Source of the DNA: Candidatus Saccharimonadota bacterium | GTDB lineage: Bacteria; Pseudomonadota; Gammaproteobacteria; Enterobacterales; Enterobacteriaceae | Assembly: GCA_049942965.1 (NCBI GenBank) | Contig: CP188088.1 | Coordinates: 330,001-362,000 of the forward strand | Reading direction: 5' to 3' | Length of the DNA stretch: 32,000 bases | Part shown: positions 10,342 to 20,150 of the stretch, piece after piece | Layout: the number at the start of each line of letters is the position of its first letter | How positions within the stretch are numbered: position 1 is the first letter of the stretch | Notes under the pieces: model-generated | The model's database searches: none | Seen by the model: the letters and a program-made list of their open reading frames with translations, nothing else | Told to the model about the DNA's origin: nothing | Made by a program: the position numbers and the translations under genes

Positions 10342-11757
10342 TTATAATATTTTATTTATTTTCAATTTTCTAACGTCAACAAATCGTCCATATAAAGCTG
10401 CAGCTGCTGCCATTGCTGGACTAACTAAATGAGTTCTCCCACCTCTTCCTTGACGTCCTTCAAAATTTCTATTACTAGTAGATGCACACCGTTCTCCTTT
10501 AAGTAATTTATCCTCATTCATTCCTAAACACATAGAACAACCAGGTAATCTCCATTCAAATCCAGCATCAATAAAAATTTTATCTAATCCTTCTTTTTCT
10601 GCTTGTATCTTTACTATTTTAGAACCAGGAACAACAATTCCAGTAACTCTTTTACAAATCTTGTTTCCAGCAACAAAACTTGCTGCCAATCTTAAATCTT
10701 CTATTCTAGAATTAGTACAAGAACCGATAAAAACCTTATCAATTAAAATATCTGTTATTTTCATACCTGGTAATAAATCCATATACTTCATCGATTTTTC
10801 TGCAGCAATTCTTTTGTTAAAATTTTTAAAAGAATCTATATTTGGAATTGATTCATTAATTCCAACCACTTGTTCAGGATTTGTACCCCAAGTAACTTGA
10901 GGAGTAAAATCAGAAATATCAAAAAATAATTCACTATCAAACTTGACGTCTACATCTGACTTTAACGTATCCCAAAAAGTTAAGGCACGATTCCATTCCA
11001 AACCTTTCGGAGCATATTTTCTATTATTTAAATAATTATATGTAATTTGATCTGGAGCTATTATGGCTGATTTAGCACCCATTTCAATAGCCATATTACA
11101 TAATGTCATTCTACTTTCCATACTTAAATTAGAAACTACAGATCCAAAAAATTCTACTACATATCCAGTTCCCGCAGAAATACCAATTTTCCCTATGATA
11201 CTTAATATTATATCTTTTGCTGTGATTCCAAAATTTAATTTTCCAGATATTGTAATTTTCATTGTTTTAGAACGAAATTGTTTCAAAGTTTGCGTTGCTA
11301 GTACATGTTCAACTTCAGAAGTTCCTATACCAAAGGACAAAGTCCCAAATGCTCCGTGAGTAGAAGTATGAGAATCACCACATACAACTGTCATTCCTGG
11401 CAATGTTAATCCTTGTTCCGGACCAACAACATGTACAATTCCTTGACGAGAACTATTCAAATCAAATAATTTAATATCAAATTCTTTACAATTTTTTGAT
11501 AACATATCCATTTGAATTTTTGCTAACTTTTCAGTATTAAGAATATTTCTACTTGTAGTAGAAACATTATGGTCCATGGTAGCAAAAGTTTTCTCTGGAC
11601 GTCTTACTGATCTATTTTTATTACGTAAAGATGAAAAAGCTTGTGGGGAAGTAACTTCATGCAACAAATGTAAATCAATATATAAAATAGGAGGTTCATT
11701 ACTAGACTCATAAACTATATGTTTATCATATATTTTTTGATATAAAGTTTTTTTCAT
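10342..11757 (-). CDS. leuC: 3-isopropylmalate dehydratase large subunit
   Basis: 471-aa ORF starting [15 protein letters not shown], with aconitase-family Fe-S ligand regions ([31 protein letters not shown]). Confidence 0.95.
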   Translation of the reverse strand: MKKTLYQKIYDKHIVYESSNEPPILYIDLHLLHEVTSPQAFSSLRNKNRSVRRPEKTFATMDHNVSTTSRNILNTEKLAKIQMDMLSKNCKEFDIKLFDLNSSRQGIVHVVGPEQGLTLPGMTVVCGDSHTSTHGAFGTLSFGIGTSEVEHVLATQTLKQFRSKTMKITISGKLNFGITAKDIILSIIGKIGISAGTGYVVEFFGSVVSNLSMESRMTLCNMAIEMGAKSAIIAPDQITYNYLNNRKYAPKGLEWNRALTFWDTLKSDVDVKFDSELFFDISDFTPQVTWGTNPEQVVGINESIPNIDSFKNFNKRIAAEKSMKYMDLLPGMKITDILIDKVFIGSCTNSRIEDLRLAASFVAGNKICKRVTGIVVPGSKIVKIQAEKEGLDKIFIDAGFEWRLPGCSMCLGMNEDKLLKGERCASTSNRNFEGRQGRGGRTHLVSPAMAAAAALYGRFVDVRKLKINKIL

Positions 11758-11761
11758 TAAA

Positions 11762-12865
11762 CTATTCCTTATTAATTAAATAATCGGAAATTTTACTACC
11801 CATACTACTAGTACTTAGAAGAACTTCATTAATATCTGTTGTCATAATATCAAAAGTTCTATAACCTTCTTTTAATACGTCAATTACCGAAGATTCAATA
11901 GAATCTGCTATATGTATTAATTTTAAACTATATCGAAATAGCATTGACAGTGATAAAATTAATGCAATTGGATTAGCAATATTTTTACCAGATATATCTG
12001 GTGCAGATCCACCTGCAGGTTCATATAATCCAAAATTTGATTCATTTAAACTAGCAGATGGTAACATTCCAATAGAACCAGTGATCATTCCACATTCATC
12101 CGATAAAATATCTCCAAAAAGATTTGGACATAACATTACGTCAAAATTAATAGGATTTTTTATTATTTGCATACTAGCATTATCTACATACAAATGATTT
12201 AAAGAAACTTCTGGAAAATTTTTAGAAACTTTATTAACTATTTCTCTCCATAAAATTGAAGTTTCTAATACATTAGATTTATCAATAGAAGTAACTTTAC
12301 CTCTCCTTAATTTAGCCATTTTAAAAGCAATATTCGCTACTCTAGCTATTTCATTTTCATGATAGGTAGCTGTATCAACAGCATATTTTTTTTTTAAATT
12401 GTCTATTCTTTGACCCTTCGGGGATCCATAATATATACCACCTATTAATTCCCTAATACATAGAATATCAAACCCATTTTTAACAATTTTTGATTTAAGC
12501 GGGGACAAATGAGATAAACTTGAATATAGTTTAGAAGGTCTAATATTAACAAATAAATTTAATAATTTTCTTAACGGTAATAAAGCAGCCCTTTCTGGTT
12601 GTTGTTCAATAGAAAGATTTTTCCATTTATCTCCTCCTACTGAACCAAACAATACTGCGTCCGACATTAAACAACCATTAATTGTATCTTTTGGTAAAGC
12701 TAATCCAAATTTATCAATAGCAATACCACCAATAAAATATTCTTTAAAATCTAATTTTAACTTAAATTTTTTTTTTACTGATTCTAAAATTTTAATCCCT
12801 TCTTCCATAATTTCAGGACCTATTCCATCACCAGACAAAATGGCTAATTTATACTTTTTACTCAT
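11762..12865 (-). CDS. leuB: 3-isopropylmalate dehydrogenase
   Basis: 367-aa ORF. The N-terminus [14 protein letters not shown] and the motifs [10 protein letters not shown] and [14 protein letters not shown] are typical of LeuB. Confidence 0.95.
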   Translation of the reverse strand: MSKKYKLAILSGDGIGPEIMEEGIKILESVKKKFKLKLDFKEYFIGGIAIDKFGLALPKDTINGCLMSDAVLFGSVGGDKWKNLSIEQQPERAALLPLRKLLNLFVNIRPSKLYSSLSHLSPLKSKIVKNGFDILCIRELIGGIYYGSPKGQRIDNLKKKYAVDTATYHENEIARVANIAFKMAKLRRGKVTSIDKSNVLETSILWREIVNKVSKNFPEVSLNHLYVDNASMQIIKNPINFDVMLCPNLFGDILSDECGMITGSIGMLPSASLNESNFGLYEPAGGSAPDISGKNIANPIALILSLSMLFRYSLKLIHIADSIESSVIDVLKEGYRTFDIMTTDINEVLLSTSSMGSKISDYLINKE

Positions 12866-12909
12866 TTGCTGTACCTTAATAAAAAAATTAATATATTAAA
12901 ATTAAAAAA

Positions 12910-13710
12910 CTAAAAAAAAAATTTTTTACTAAATTGAGGAAAACCAAAATTAGATGGGTAATTTACATGAACTAAATATAAACCACGAGCTAAAGCTGTA
13001 GGACCAGACAATTTCCTATTTTTACTTCTTAAAATTTTGTTGATCCAAGATATATTTTTTTTCTTTAATCCTACTTCAATCAATGAACCAACTATATTAC
13101 GAACCATCTTATATAAAAATGCATTTGCTTCTATTTCTATTATAACAAAAAAATTTTTCCTAAAAATATTTAATCTAATTATATTACGAAAAGCAGTCTT
13201 CGATTGACAATTCTTGGCTCTAAATCCACTAAAATCATGTTCTCCCAAGAGATATTTTGATCCATTAATCATTAACTCAACATCTAATTCTTTAAAAATA
13301 TGATTTAAAAAATTTGAAAATATACCATTTCTATACGGACCATTATAAATAACATATCGATATAACCTAGATAATGAGCTATATCTAGCATGAAAGTTAA
13401 ATGGAACAGTTTTAATCCATTGAACAGAAATATCAGAAGGTAAAAAAGAGTTTATTCCTAAAACCCAAGAAAAATTTTCACGGTAAGATGTAGTACAAAA
13501 ATGTGCTATTTGACCAATGCTATGAACTCCAGTATCAGTTCTACCTGAACAAATAACAGTAATAGGATGATTAGCAATAATAGAAATTGCTTTTTCTAAT
13601 TTTTCTTGAATAGTAGTATTTATACTTTTTTGTTTTTGCCAACCATTGTAATACGTCCCATCATATTCAATACATAAAGCAAATTTTTTCTCTATTTTTT
13701 TTTTCTGCAT
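12910..13710 (-). CDS. truA: tRNA pseudouridine(38-40) synthase
   Basis: 266-aa ORF. FALCIEYDGTYYNGWQKQ and the catalytic-Asp region CSGRTDTGVHSIGQ are the TruA signatures. Confidence 0.9.
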   Translation of the reverse strand: MQKKKIEKKFALCIEYDGTYYNGWQKQKSINTTIQEKLEKAISIIANHPITVICSGRTDTGVHSIGQIAHFCTTSYRENFSWVLGINSFLPSDISVQWIKTVPFNFHARYSSLSRLYRYVIYNGPYRNGIFSNFLNHIFKELDVELMINGSKYLLGEHDFSGFRAKNCQSKTAFRNIIRLNIFRKNFFVIIEIEANAFLYKMVRNIVGSLIEVGLKKKNISWINKILRSKNRKLSGPTALARGLYLVHVNYPSNFGFPQFSKKFFF

Positions 13711-13986
13711 AATAACTAATATTTCTTTAATTAATTAAAATTTAAATATTTTATATTTCAAAAAATTTACTATATTTTATAAAAAATATATTACTTGAAA
13801 AAAATTTAACTTGATTTAAAAATATAGTTATATTTTATAAATATAAAAAAAATTTATTATCTAAAATTCTTAAAATAAAAAAATATTTTAAAAAAAATTA
13901 AAACAAGTATTACTAAACAATATAAACTTTTTTAATTATACTAACAAATTGATTTCTATTTGAATAATATTTATTTTGAGAAAAAA

Positions 13987-14442
13987 ATGAAAAAACAAAA
14001 AAAAAATAAAACTTCATCTTTAAGCATATTATCCATGGCTGGAGTAACCCATTATAAAATTAAAAAAAATGAACAATATATGAATGAAAAACAAAAAGAA
14101 CATTTTAAAAAAATTCTATTAGCATGGAAATATCAATTAACGAATGAAGTATATAAAACAATTTCTTATATGAAAGAAGAAGCTACTAACTTTCCTGATC
14201 CTATTGATAGAGCTACTCAAGAAGAAGAATTCAGTCTAGAACTAAGAAATAGAGATAGAGAAAGAAAACTCATAAAAAAAATAGAAATAACACTAAATAA
14301 ATTAAAAAAAAATAATTTCGGATATTGTGAATCATGTAATATAGAAATAGGAATTAAAAGACTAGAAGCTAGACCTACTGCAAATTTGTGTATAGATTGT
14401 AAAACATTAGCAGAAATTCGAGAAAAACAACTATTAGGATAA
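13987..14442 (+). CDS. dksA: RNA polymerase-binding transcription factor DksA
   Basis: Matches E. coli DksA almost residue for residue over [33 protein letters not shown]. The zinc finger is CESC...CIDC. The track ORF begins at a TTG at 13960, but the ATG at 13987 ([15 protein letters not shown]) gives a 151-aa product, the same length as E. coli DksA. Confidence 0.93.
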   Translation: MKKQKKNKTSSLSILSMAGVTHYKIKKNEQYMNEKQKEHFKKILLAWKYQLTNEVYKTISYMKEEATNFPDPIDRATQEEEFSLELRNRDRERKLIKKIEITLNKLKKNNFGYCESCNIEIGIKRLEARPTANLCIDCKTLAEIREKQLLG

Positions 14443-14454
14443 AAAAATTAGACA

Positions 14455-14483
14455 TCAAAAGTACTATTTATTAGTACTTTTGA
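14455..14483 (+). terminator. Hairpin 13 nt downstream of the dksA stop (candidate terminator or RNA-stability element)
   Basis: Perfect 11-bp inverted repeat with a 7-nt loop: tcaaaagtact (14455-14465), atttatt, agtacttttga (14473-14483). It has three G:C pairs in an AT-rich background. There is no clean T-run immediately after it, so its function is uncertain. Confidence 0.4.
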
Positions 14484-14612
14484 CCAACTTTAAAATTACC
14501 AAAATGATTCTATTATCATTGATAATAACAGATAAATTACATAGTTTAAAAAAAACTATACATTTTATTTGTTTTTTAACTAAAAAAATAATGGCTGTGA
14601 ATAATAAATCTA

Positions 14613-15836
14613 ATGACACTAATTATCCATAAATACTATAAATTCCTAAAAAAAAAAAAAATAAGTAAAAATGCAATTAAAGTATTAATTCGTTTAAAAA
14701 AAACTGGTTATCAATCTTATTTAGTTGGTGGAAGTGTCAGAGATTTAATTTTAGGAAAATTACCAAAAGATTTTGACATTGCTACTAATGCAACCCCTGA
14801 GCAACTAAAAAAAATATTTAAAAATTGTCGAATAATAGGAAGAAGATTTCGAATAGCACATATTATGTTTAAATCTGAATTTATTGAAGTATCTACTTTT
14901 AGAAAAAATCATAATAAAAAATCAACAAATAAAAAAAATAAAAAAATCAAAAAAACAATTAATGGAATGTTACTAAATGATAACATTTTTGGTAATATAG
15001 AAGATGATTATAAAAGAAGAGACATAACCATTAATGCACTTTATTATGATATTAATACTTCAATTATTCGAGATTATGTTGGAGGACTAGAAGATCTAAA
15101 AAAAAAAAAAATAAGACTAATAGGTGATCCTGAAACTAGATATAGAGAAGATCCAATTAGAATATTACGAGTTATTCGATTTGCAGTAAAACTAAAAATG
15201 AAAATTTCAAAAAAAACAGAAGAACCAATAACTAGATTGGCAATTTTATTAAAAAATATTCCATCTTCTCGATTATTTTATGAAATTAGCAAATTAATAC
15301 AAACAGGAGAAGGATATAAAATATATAAAAAATTTAAAAAATATAAATTATTTAATTCAGTTTTCTTTTTTCCAAATATTAAAATTGATCTAAAAACAAA
15401 AAAATTAATTAAAGAAATTAGTATAAAAGCTATTAAACTAATAGATGACAAAGTAAAAAAACAAAAACAAGAAAACGATGAGACAGACTTTTTATTTTCA
15501 TCTATTTTGTGGTACTTTCTAGTAAATACAAAAAAAAAAATACAAAAAGAAAACAAAACTGAAGAAAAAGAATCATTTTTAAATGCTATCGAACAAATTT
15601 TTAAAAATATCATTCCATATTTTAAAATACCTAAACAAATCCTTTCTAATTGCAAAGAAATATGGAAATTACAATGGTTTTTAGAAAATAATTTTAAAAA
15701 AAGTAAAATTATAAAAAAAATAACTAAAAAACAAAAATTTCAAAAGTCCTATAATTTACTAAAAATACGTTCAGAAATAGAAAACAATATACAATTATAT
15801 AAAATTGAAAAAATATGGAAAAAACATAACAAATAA
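14613..15836 (+). CDS. pcnB: Poly(A) polymerase I
   Basis: 407-aa ORF. YLVGGSVRDLILGKLPKDFDIATNATPEQLKKIFKNCRIIGRRFRIAHIMF...IEVSTFR is collinear with E. coli PcnB ([50 protein letters not shown]). It lies downstream of dksA as in E. coli, with gluQ missing between them. Confidence 0.85.
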   Translation: MTLIIHKYYKFLKKKKISKNAIKVLIRLKKTGYQSYLVGGSVRDLILGKLPKDFDIATNATPEQLKKIFKNCRIIGRRFRIAHIMFKSEFIEVSTFRKNHNKKSTNKKNKKIKKTINGMLLNDNIFGNIEDDYKRRDITINALYYDINTSIIRDYVGGLEDLKKKKIRLIGDPETRYREDPIRILRVIRFAVKLKMKISKKTEEPITRLAILLKNIPSSRLFYEISKLIQTGEGYKIYKKFKKYKLFNSVFFFPNIKIDLKTKKLIKEISIKAIKLIDDKVKKQKQENDETDFLFSSILWYFLVNTKKKIQKENKTEEKESFLNAIEQIFKNIIPYFKIPKQILSNCKEIWKLQWFLENNFKKSKIIKKITKKQKFQKSYNLLKIRSEIENNIQLYKIEKIWKKHNK

Positions 15837-15855
15837 AATTTTAAAATTTAAAATA

Positions 15856-16389
15856 TTAATCACAAAAAATTACCTTTCCTATATAGGGTAAATGACGATA
15901 TTTTTGTGCATAATCAATTCCATAACCTACTATAAAATCATTTTCAATAGAAAAACCTACATAATCTGCTGAAATTGTAACTTCTCTACATTGAGGTTTA
16001 TCTAATAAAGTACAAACAGAAATCGAACGAGGATTTCTTAATTTTAAAATATTTAATACCTTTTGAAGAGTTAAACCTGAATCTATAACATCTTCTACCA
16101 CTAAAACATTTTTATCAAAAATGTCCTCATCTAAATCTTTTAAAATTTTTATTTCTAAACTAGGAAAAATATTAATTCCATAACTTGATATTGTCATGAA
16201 ATCAACTTCATGTGTCACACTAATTGCACGACATAAATCAGCAATAAAAATAAAGGACCCTCTTAACAAACCAACTAAAATCATTTTAGTACTACTGTTT
16301 TTATATTTTTTACTAATCTGTTTTCCTAATTCATTAATTCTAGAATGAAGTTCAAGTTCAGAAATACTTACTTTAATAATATGTTTCAT
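15856..16389 (-). CDS. hpt: Hypoxanthine phosphoribosyltransferase
   Basis: 177-aa [51 protein letters not shown] and [20 protein letters not shown] match E. coli Hpt closely. Confidence 0.93.
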   Translation of the reverse strand: MKHIIKVSISELELHSRINELGKQISKKYKNSSTKMILVGLLRGSFIFIADLCRAISVTHEVDFMTISSYGINIFPSLEIKILKDLDEDIFDKNVLVVEDVIDSGLTLQKVLNILKLRNPRSISVCTLLDKPQCREVTISADYVGFSIENDFIVGYGIDYAQKYRHLPYIGKVIFCD

Positions 16390-16734
16390 ACAAAAAATTA
16401 ATTAAAATTTATATAATTAAACACATAATTGTATTTTACTTTATTTTTCTATTCAAACAATATTTATATATTTTAAAAAAAATATTAAAAAAACAAAAAT
16501 AAAAATAAATGATAAATACAAAAAAAATGAAAAGAAATAAACTATTGTTAGCATAATAATGAAAAAACAACTAAAGAAAAAGAAACTGTAATATGTTAAT
16601 ATTTAAAAAATATTAACAAACAAACTTTTCAAAATTTATAAAAAAATAATAATTTTGTTATTTTAACATTCTAAAAAATCTATTGAAATAAATTAAATTG
16701 TATAAAAAATATTCAACTGGAGATTATATTTTGT

Positions 16735-19191
16735 ATGAAAACGCTTAAGTTTGGTGGAACATCTTTAAAAAATGCAAAAAAATTTTTAATTGTATCAGAA
16801 ATTATAATTAAGAATTTTGAAAAAGAACAAGTTTCCGTTGTTTTATCAGCACCTAGTACTATTACTGATTGTTTAACAAAAATAATAAAAGAAACAATAA
16901 CAAAAAATAAAATTTCAAAAAAAATAAAACTTGTTAAACTAATATTTACAAAAATTATAGAAGAAATTAATGAAAATTTAAAAAATTTTATAAATGCAGA
17001 ACTAACTGAATTAATTAATTTAGAATTTTTGAATCTTGAAAAATTAACACAAACAATATGTTTGCTTAAAAAATGTCCAAAAAATATTCATGCTTTTATT
17101 ATTTCTAGAGGAGAAATACTATCAATTGCTATTATGAATAGAATTTTACAATGTAAAAAAAAAAATTCATTTATTTTAGATCCAATAAAAAAAATATTTG
17201 CAGTTGGTAATTATTTGAATGCAAAAGTACACATTTCAAAATCTAAACAAAAAATAAAAAATACTACAATTCCTAAAAAAAACATTATATTAATGCCTGG
17301 GTTTATTGCTGGAAACAAAAATCAAGAACTAGTTACTTTAGGAAGAAATGGTTCAGATTACTCTGCTGCAATTTTAGCTGTATGTTTAAAGTCTAATATG
17401 TTAGAAATCTGGACAGATGTTAATGGTATTTATACTAGTGATCCTAGAGAAATATTAAAAACAAAATTAATAGAAAAAATATCTTACAAAGAAGCTATAG
17501 AATTATCTTACTACGGTGCGAAAATACTACATCCAAAAACCATTTTTCCAATTATGCAATGCAAAATCCCTTGTTATATAAAAAATACTAATCAACCTAA
17601 TTTAAAAGGAACACTTATTTCCGATGATAATCTAAATCAAACAAAAAAAAAAAACACTATTACTGGAATTACTCATATCGATAATATTTCCATGATTTCT
17701 ATTAAAGAACCTACCGATGAAACTATCAAAAACATAAAAAAAAGAACTAAATCATTTTTTTACAAAAAAAACATCTGGATTCCAATATCAACAAAATCAT
17801 CCTGTGAAAAAAAAAATAATTATTTTATTTTAGAAAAAAAAATTCCTATTTTTCAATCTTTTTTAAAGAAAGAATTTAACTTAGAACTAAAAAATAACTT
17901 AAATATACCTATACAAATTAAAAAAAAATTATCAATTGTCACAATTGTAGGAAACCAATTACAAACAAATACTTTTAAAAATATTTTTTCTGCTCTATCC
18001 ACTAAAGAAATTAATATTTATGATTTTTCATTAGGAAATTCAAAAAATTCAATTTCTATAATTATAGACCAAAATATTGTTGTTTTAGCAATTAATCTAA
18101 TACATGAGAAAATATTTAACAAAAAAAATATATTAGAAATATTTTTAATAGGATCAGGAGGAGTTGGAAAAGCATTTTTAATGCTACTAAAAAAACAACA
18201 AAAAGAACTAAAAAAAGAAAAAATTTATATTAAAATACATGGAATAGCCAACTCTACAAAATTTTTATGTAAAAGCGAAGAAATTTGTCTAAACGAATGG
18301 GAAAAAAAATTAAATTTATCAAAAAAAAAATTTGATTTTAATAAATTTATCGAATGGAAACAAAATAAGTTCTTTAATAATCCTGTAATTATTGATTGTA
18401 CAGCAAGTCAAAATATCACTAAATATTACATTAATTTCCTATCAAATGGATTTCATATAATAACTTCAAATAAACAATCTAATACAAATAACTATCAATT
18501 ATACAAAAAAATTAGAGAAACTTCGTTAATAAATAAAAAAAAATTTCTGTACGAAACTAATGTAGGGGCTAGTTTACCAGTTATTAATAATCTTAAATAT
18601 TTAATAAAAACAGGAGATAAATTAATAAAATTTAGAGGAATTTTATCTGGTTCTTTATCATTTATTTTTGGTAAATTAGACGACCAATTAACTACATTTT
18701 CAGAAGCAACACAAAAAGCTAAAGATTTAGGTTTTACTGAACCAAATCCCAAAGAAGATTTATCTGGTCTAGATATAGCAAGAAAACTTGTTATTTTATC
18801 TAGAGAATGTGGATATTCTACTGAATTAAAAGACGTAAAAATTGATTCTATATTACCTAATAATGAAATTTATCAAATTAACGACATCAAATCATTTATG
18901 TTGGAATTAAAAAAAACAAACGAAGAATTTAGAAAGAAAATTGAAATTGCAAAAAAGATTGGTAGAGTACTTAGGTTAGTTGGAACTATTAATAATAAAG
19001 GAGAATGTCGAGTAAAAATTGAAAAAATAAAAAAAAATGATCCATTATACAATATAAAAAATGGAGAAAATGCATTGATATTTTATACAAAATATTATAA
19101 TCCTATTCCTTTAGTACTAAGAGGATATGGAGCTGGAAACGAAATTACAGCTTCTGGAGTATTTTCAGATTTACTTAGAGTACTATCATAG
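16735..19191 (+). CDS. thrA: Bifunctional aspartokinase I / homoserine dehydrogenase I
   Basis: 818-aa ORF (E. coli 820 aa). It starts MKTLKFGGTSL, has GRNGSDYSAAILA and EIWTDVNGIYTSDPR in the kinase half, and a C-terminal homoserine dehydrogenase half ending LRGYGAGNEITASGVFSDLLR. GGAG lies 12 nt upstream of the ATG. Confidence 0.95.
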   Translation: MKTLKFGGTSLKNAKKFLIVSEIIIKNFEKEQVSVVLSAPSTITDCLTKIIKETITKNKISKKIKLVKLIFTKIIEEINENLKNFINAELTELINLEFLNLEKLTQTICLLKKCPKNIHAFIISRGEILSIAIMNRILQCKKKNSFILDPIKKIFAVGNYLNAKVHISKSKQKIKNTTIPKKNIILMPGFIAGNKNQELVTLGRNGSDYSAAILAVCLKSNMLEIWTDVNGIYTSDPREILKTKLIEKISYKEAIELSYYGAKILHPKTIFPIMQCKIPCYIKNTNQPNLKGTLISDDNLNQTKKKNTITGITHIDNISMISIKEPTDETIKNIKKRTKSFFYKKNIWIPISTKSSCEKKNNYFILEKKIPIFQSFLKKEFNLELKNNLNIPIQIKKKLSIVTIVGNQLQTNTFKNIFSALSTKEINIYDFSLGNSKNSISIIIDQNIVVLAINLIHEKIFNKKNILEIFLIGSGGVGKAFLMLLKKQQKELKKEKIYIKIHGIANSTKFLCKSEEICLNEWEKKLNLSKKKFDFNKFIEWKQNKFFNNPVIIDCTASQNITKYYINFLSNGFHIITSNKQSNTNNYQLYKKIRETSLINKKKFLYETNVGASLPVINNLKYLIKTGDKLIKFRGILSGSLSFIFGKLDDQLTTFSEATQKAKDLGFTEPNPKEDLSGLDIARKLVILSRECGYSTELKDVKIDSILPNNEIYQINDIKSFMLELKKTNEEFRKKIEIAKKIGRVLRLVGTINNKGECRVKIEKIKKNDPLYNIKNGENALIFYTKYYNPIPLVLRGYGAGNEITASGVFSDLLRVLS

Positions 19192-19214
19192 TATCTAGAT
19201 AGGAAGAATAAAAA

Positions 19215-20147
19215 ATGATTAAAATTTATTCACCTGCTTCTATTGGTAATATAGGAGTAGGTTTCGATGTTTTAGGAGCTGCTATTAAACCAATAGATGG
19301 TACTAATTTAGGAGATACAATCTCAATATCATCTAACCATTGTTTTAAATTGATTAACACTGGAATTTTCAAACATCAACTTCCAAAAAAAAATGAAGAC
19401 AATATCGTTTATAAATGCTGGAAACTTTTTTGCAAAAAAATTAAAAAAGATATTCCTATAAAAATTATTTTAGAAAAAAATATGCCAATTGGATCTGGAC
19501 TAGGATCTAGTGCATGTTCCATTGTAGGAACAATAACTGCACTAAACGAATTTTCAAAAACAAAGAAACTTTCCAATAAAGAAAAAATTCTTTTAATGGG
19601 AAAATTAGAAGGAAACCTTTCAGGAAACGTTCACTATGATAATGTTTATCCATGTTACTCAGGTGGTATACAAATAATTGTCCAAAAAGAAAATATTATT
19701 GGACAAAGAATTCCATATTTTAAAAATTGGTTATGGATTGTTGCATGGCCAGGAATACATATATCAACTTTGCAATCTAGATCTATATTACCAAATACAT
19801 ACAGTAATTCTACGTGTGTTCAACATAGTAGAAATTTAGCAACTTTTATTCATGCATCTTATACTAATCAAGAAATACTAGCAGCAAAATCTATGGAAGA
19901 TATTATTGCTGAACCATATAGATTGAAATTACTTCCTAATTTCAAAAAAGTAAAATCCATGGTCAAAAGAGATGGCGCAATAAGCTGTGGAATATCTGGT
20001 TCAGGACCTAGTTTTTTTGCAATTAGTCGTGATATGAATACTGCAAAAAAAATAGCTCTAACTTTAAAAAATAATTACATAAATAACGATAAAGGATTTG
20101 TATGTATTTGCAAAATAGATCCAATAGGCACTAGAAAAATAGGATAA
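19215..20147 (+). CDS. thrB: Homoserine kinase
   Basis: 310-aa ORF. It starts [23 protein letters not shown] and carries the GHMP kinase motif [20 protein letters not shown] upstream. Confidence 0.95.
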   Translation: MIKIYSPASIGNIGVGFDVLGAAIKPIDGTNLGDTISISSNHCFKLINTGIFKHQLPKKNEDNIVYKCWKLFCKKIKKDIPIKIILEKNMPIGSGLGSSACSIVGTITALNEFSKTKKLSNKEKILLMGKLEGNLSGNVHYDNVYPCYSGGIQIIVQKENIIGQRIPYFKNWLWIVAWPGIHISTLQSRSILPNTYSNSTCVQHSRNLATFIHASYTNQEILAAKSMEDIIAEPYRLKLLPNFKKVKSMVKRDGAISCGISGSGPSFFAISRDMNTAKKIALTLKNNYINNDKGFVCICKIDPIGTRKIG

Positions 20148-20150
20148 CGA

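Noticed and set aside
14512-14526. Perfect 15-bp palindrome ATTATCATTGATAAT in the dksA-pcnB spacer, resembling Fur-box hexamers
   Set aside because: The hexamer arrangement is not that of a Fur box. With complementary-match probability near 0.34 per pair (assumed base composition), roughly ten or more 7-bp-arm palindromes are expected by chance in 32 kb. Reduced endosymbionts generally lack Fur.
16594-16618. 11-bp AT-rich hairpin (tgttaatattt aaa aaatattaaca) about 117 bp upstream of thrA, considered as a remnant thr attenuator
   Set aside because: It has only one G:C pair, no adjacent Thr/Ile-rich leader ORF and no T-run. Stems of this length and composition are expected several times by chance in this window.
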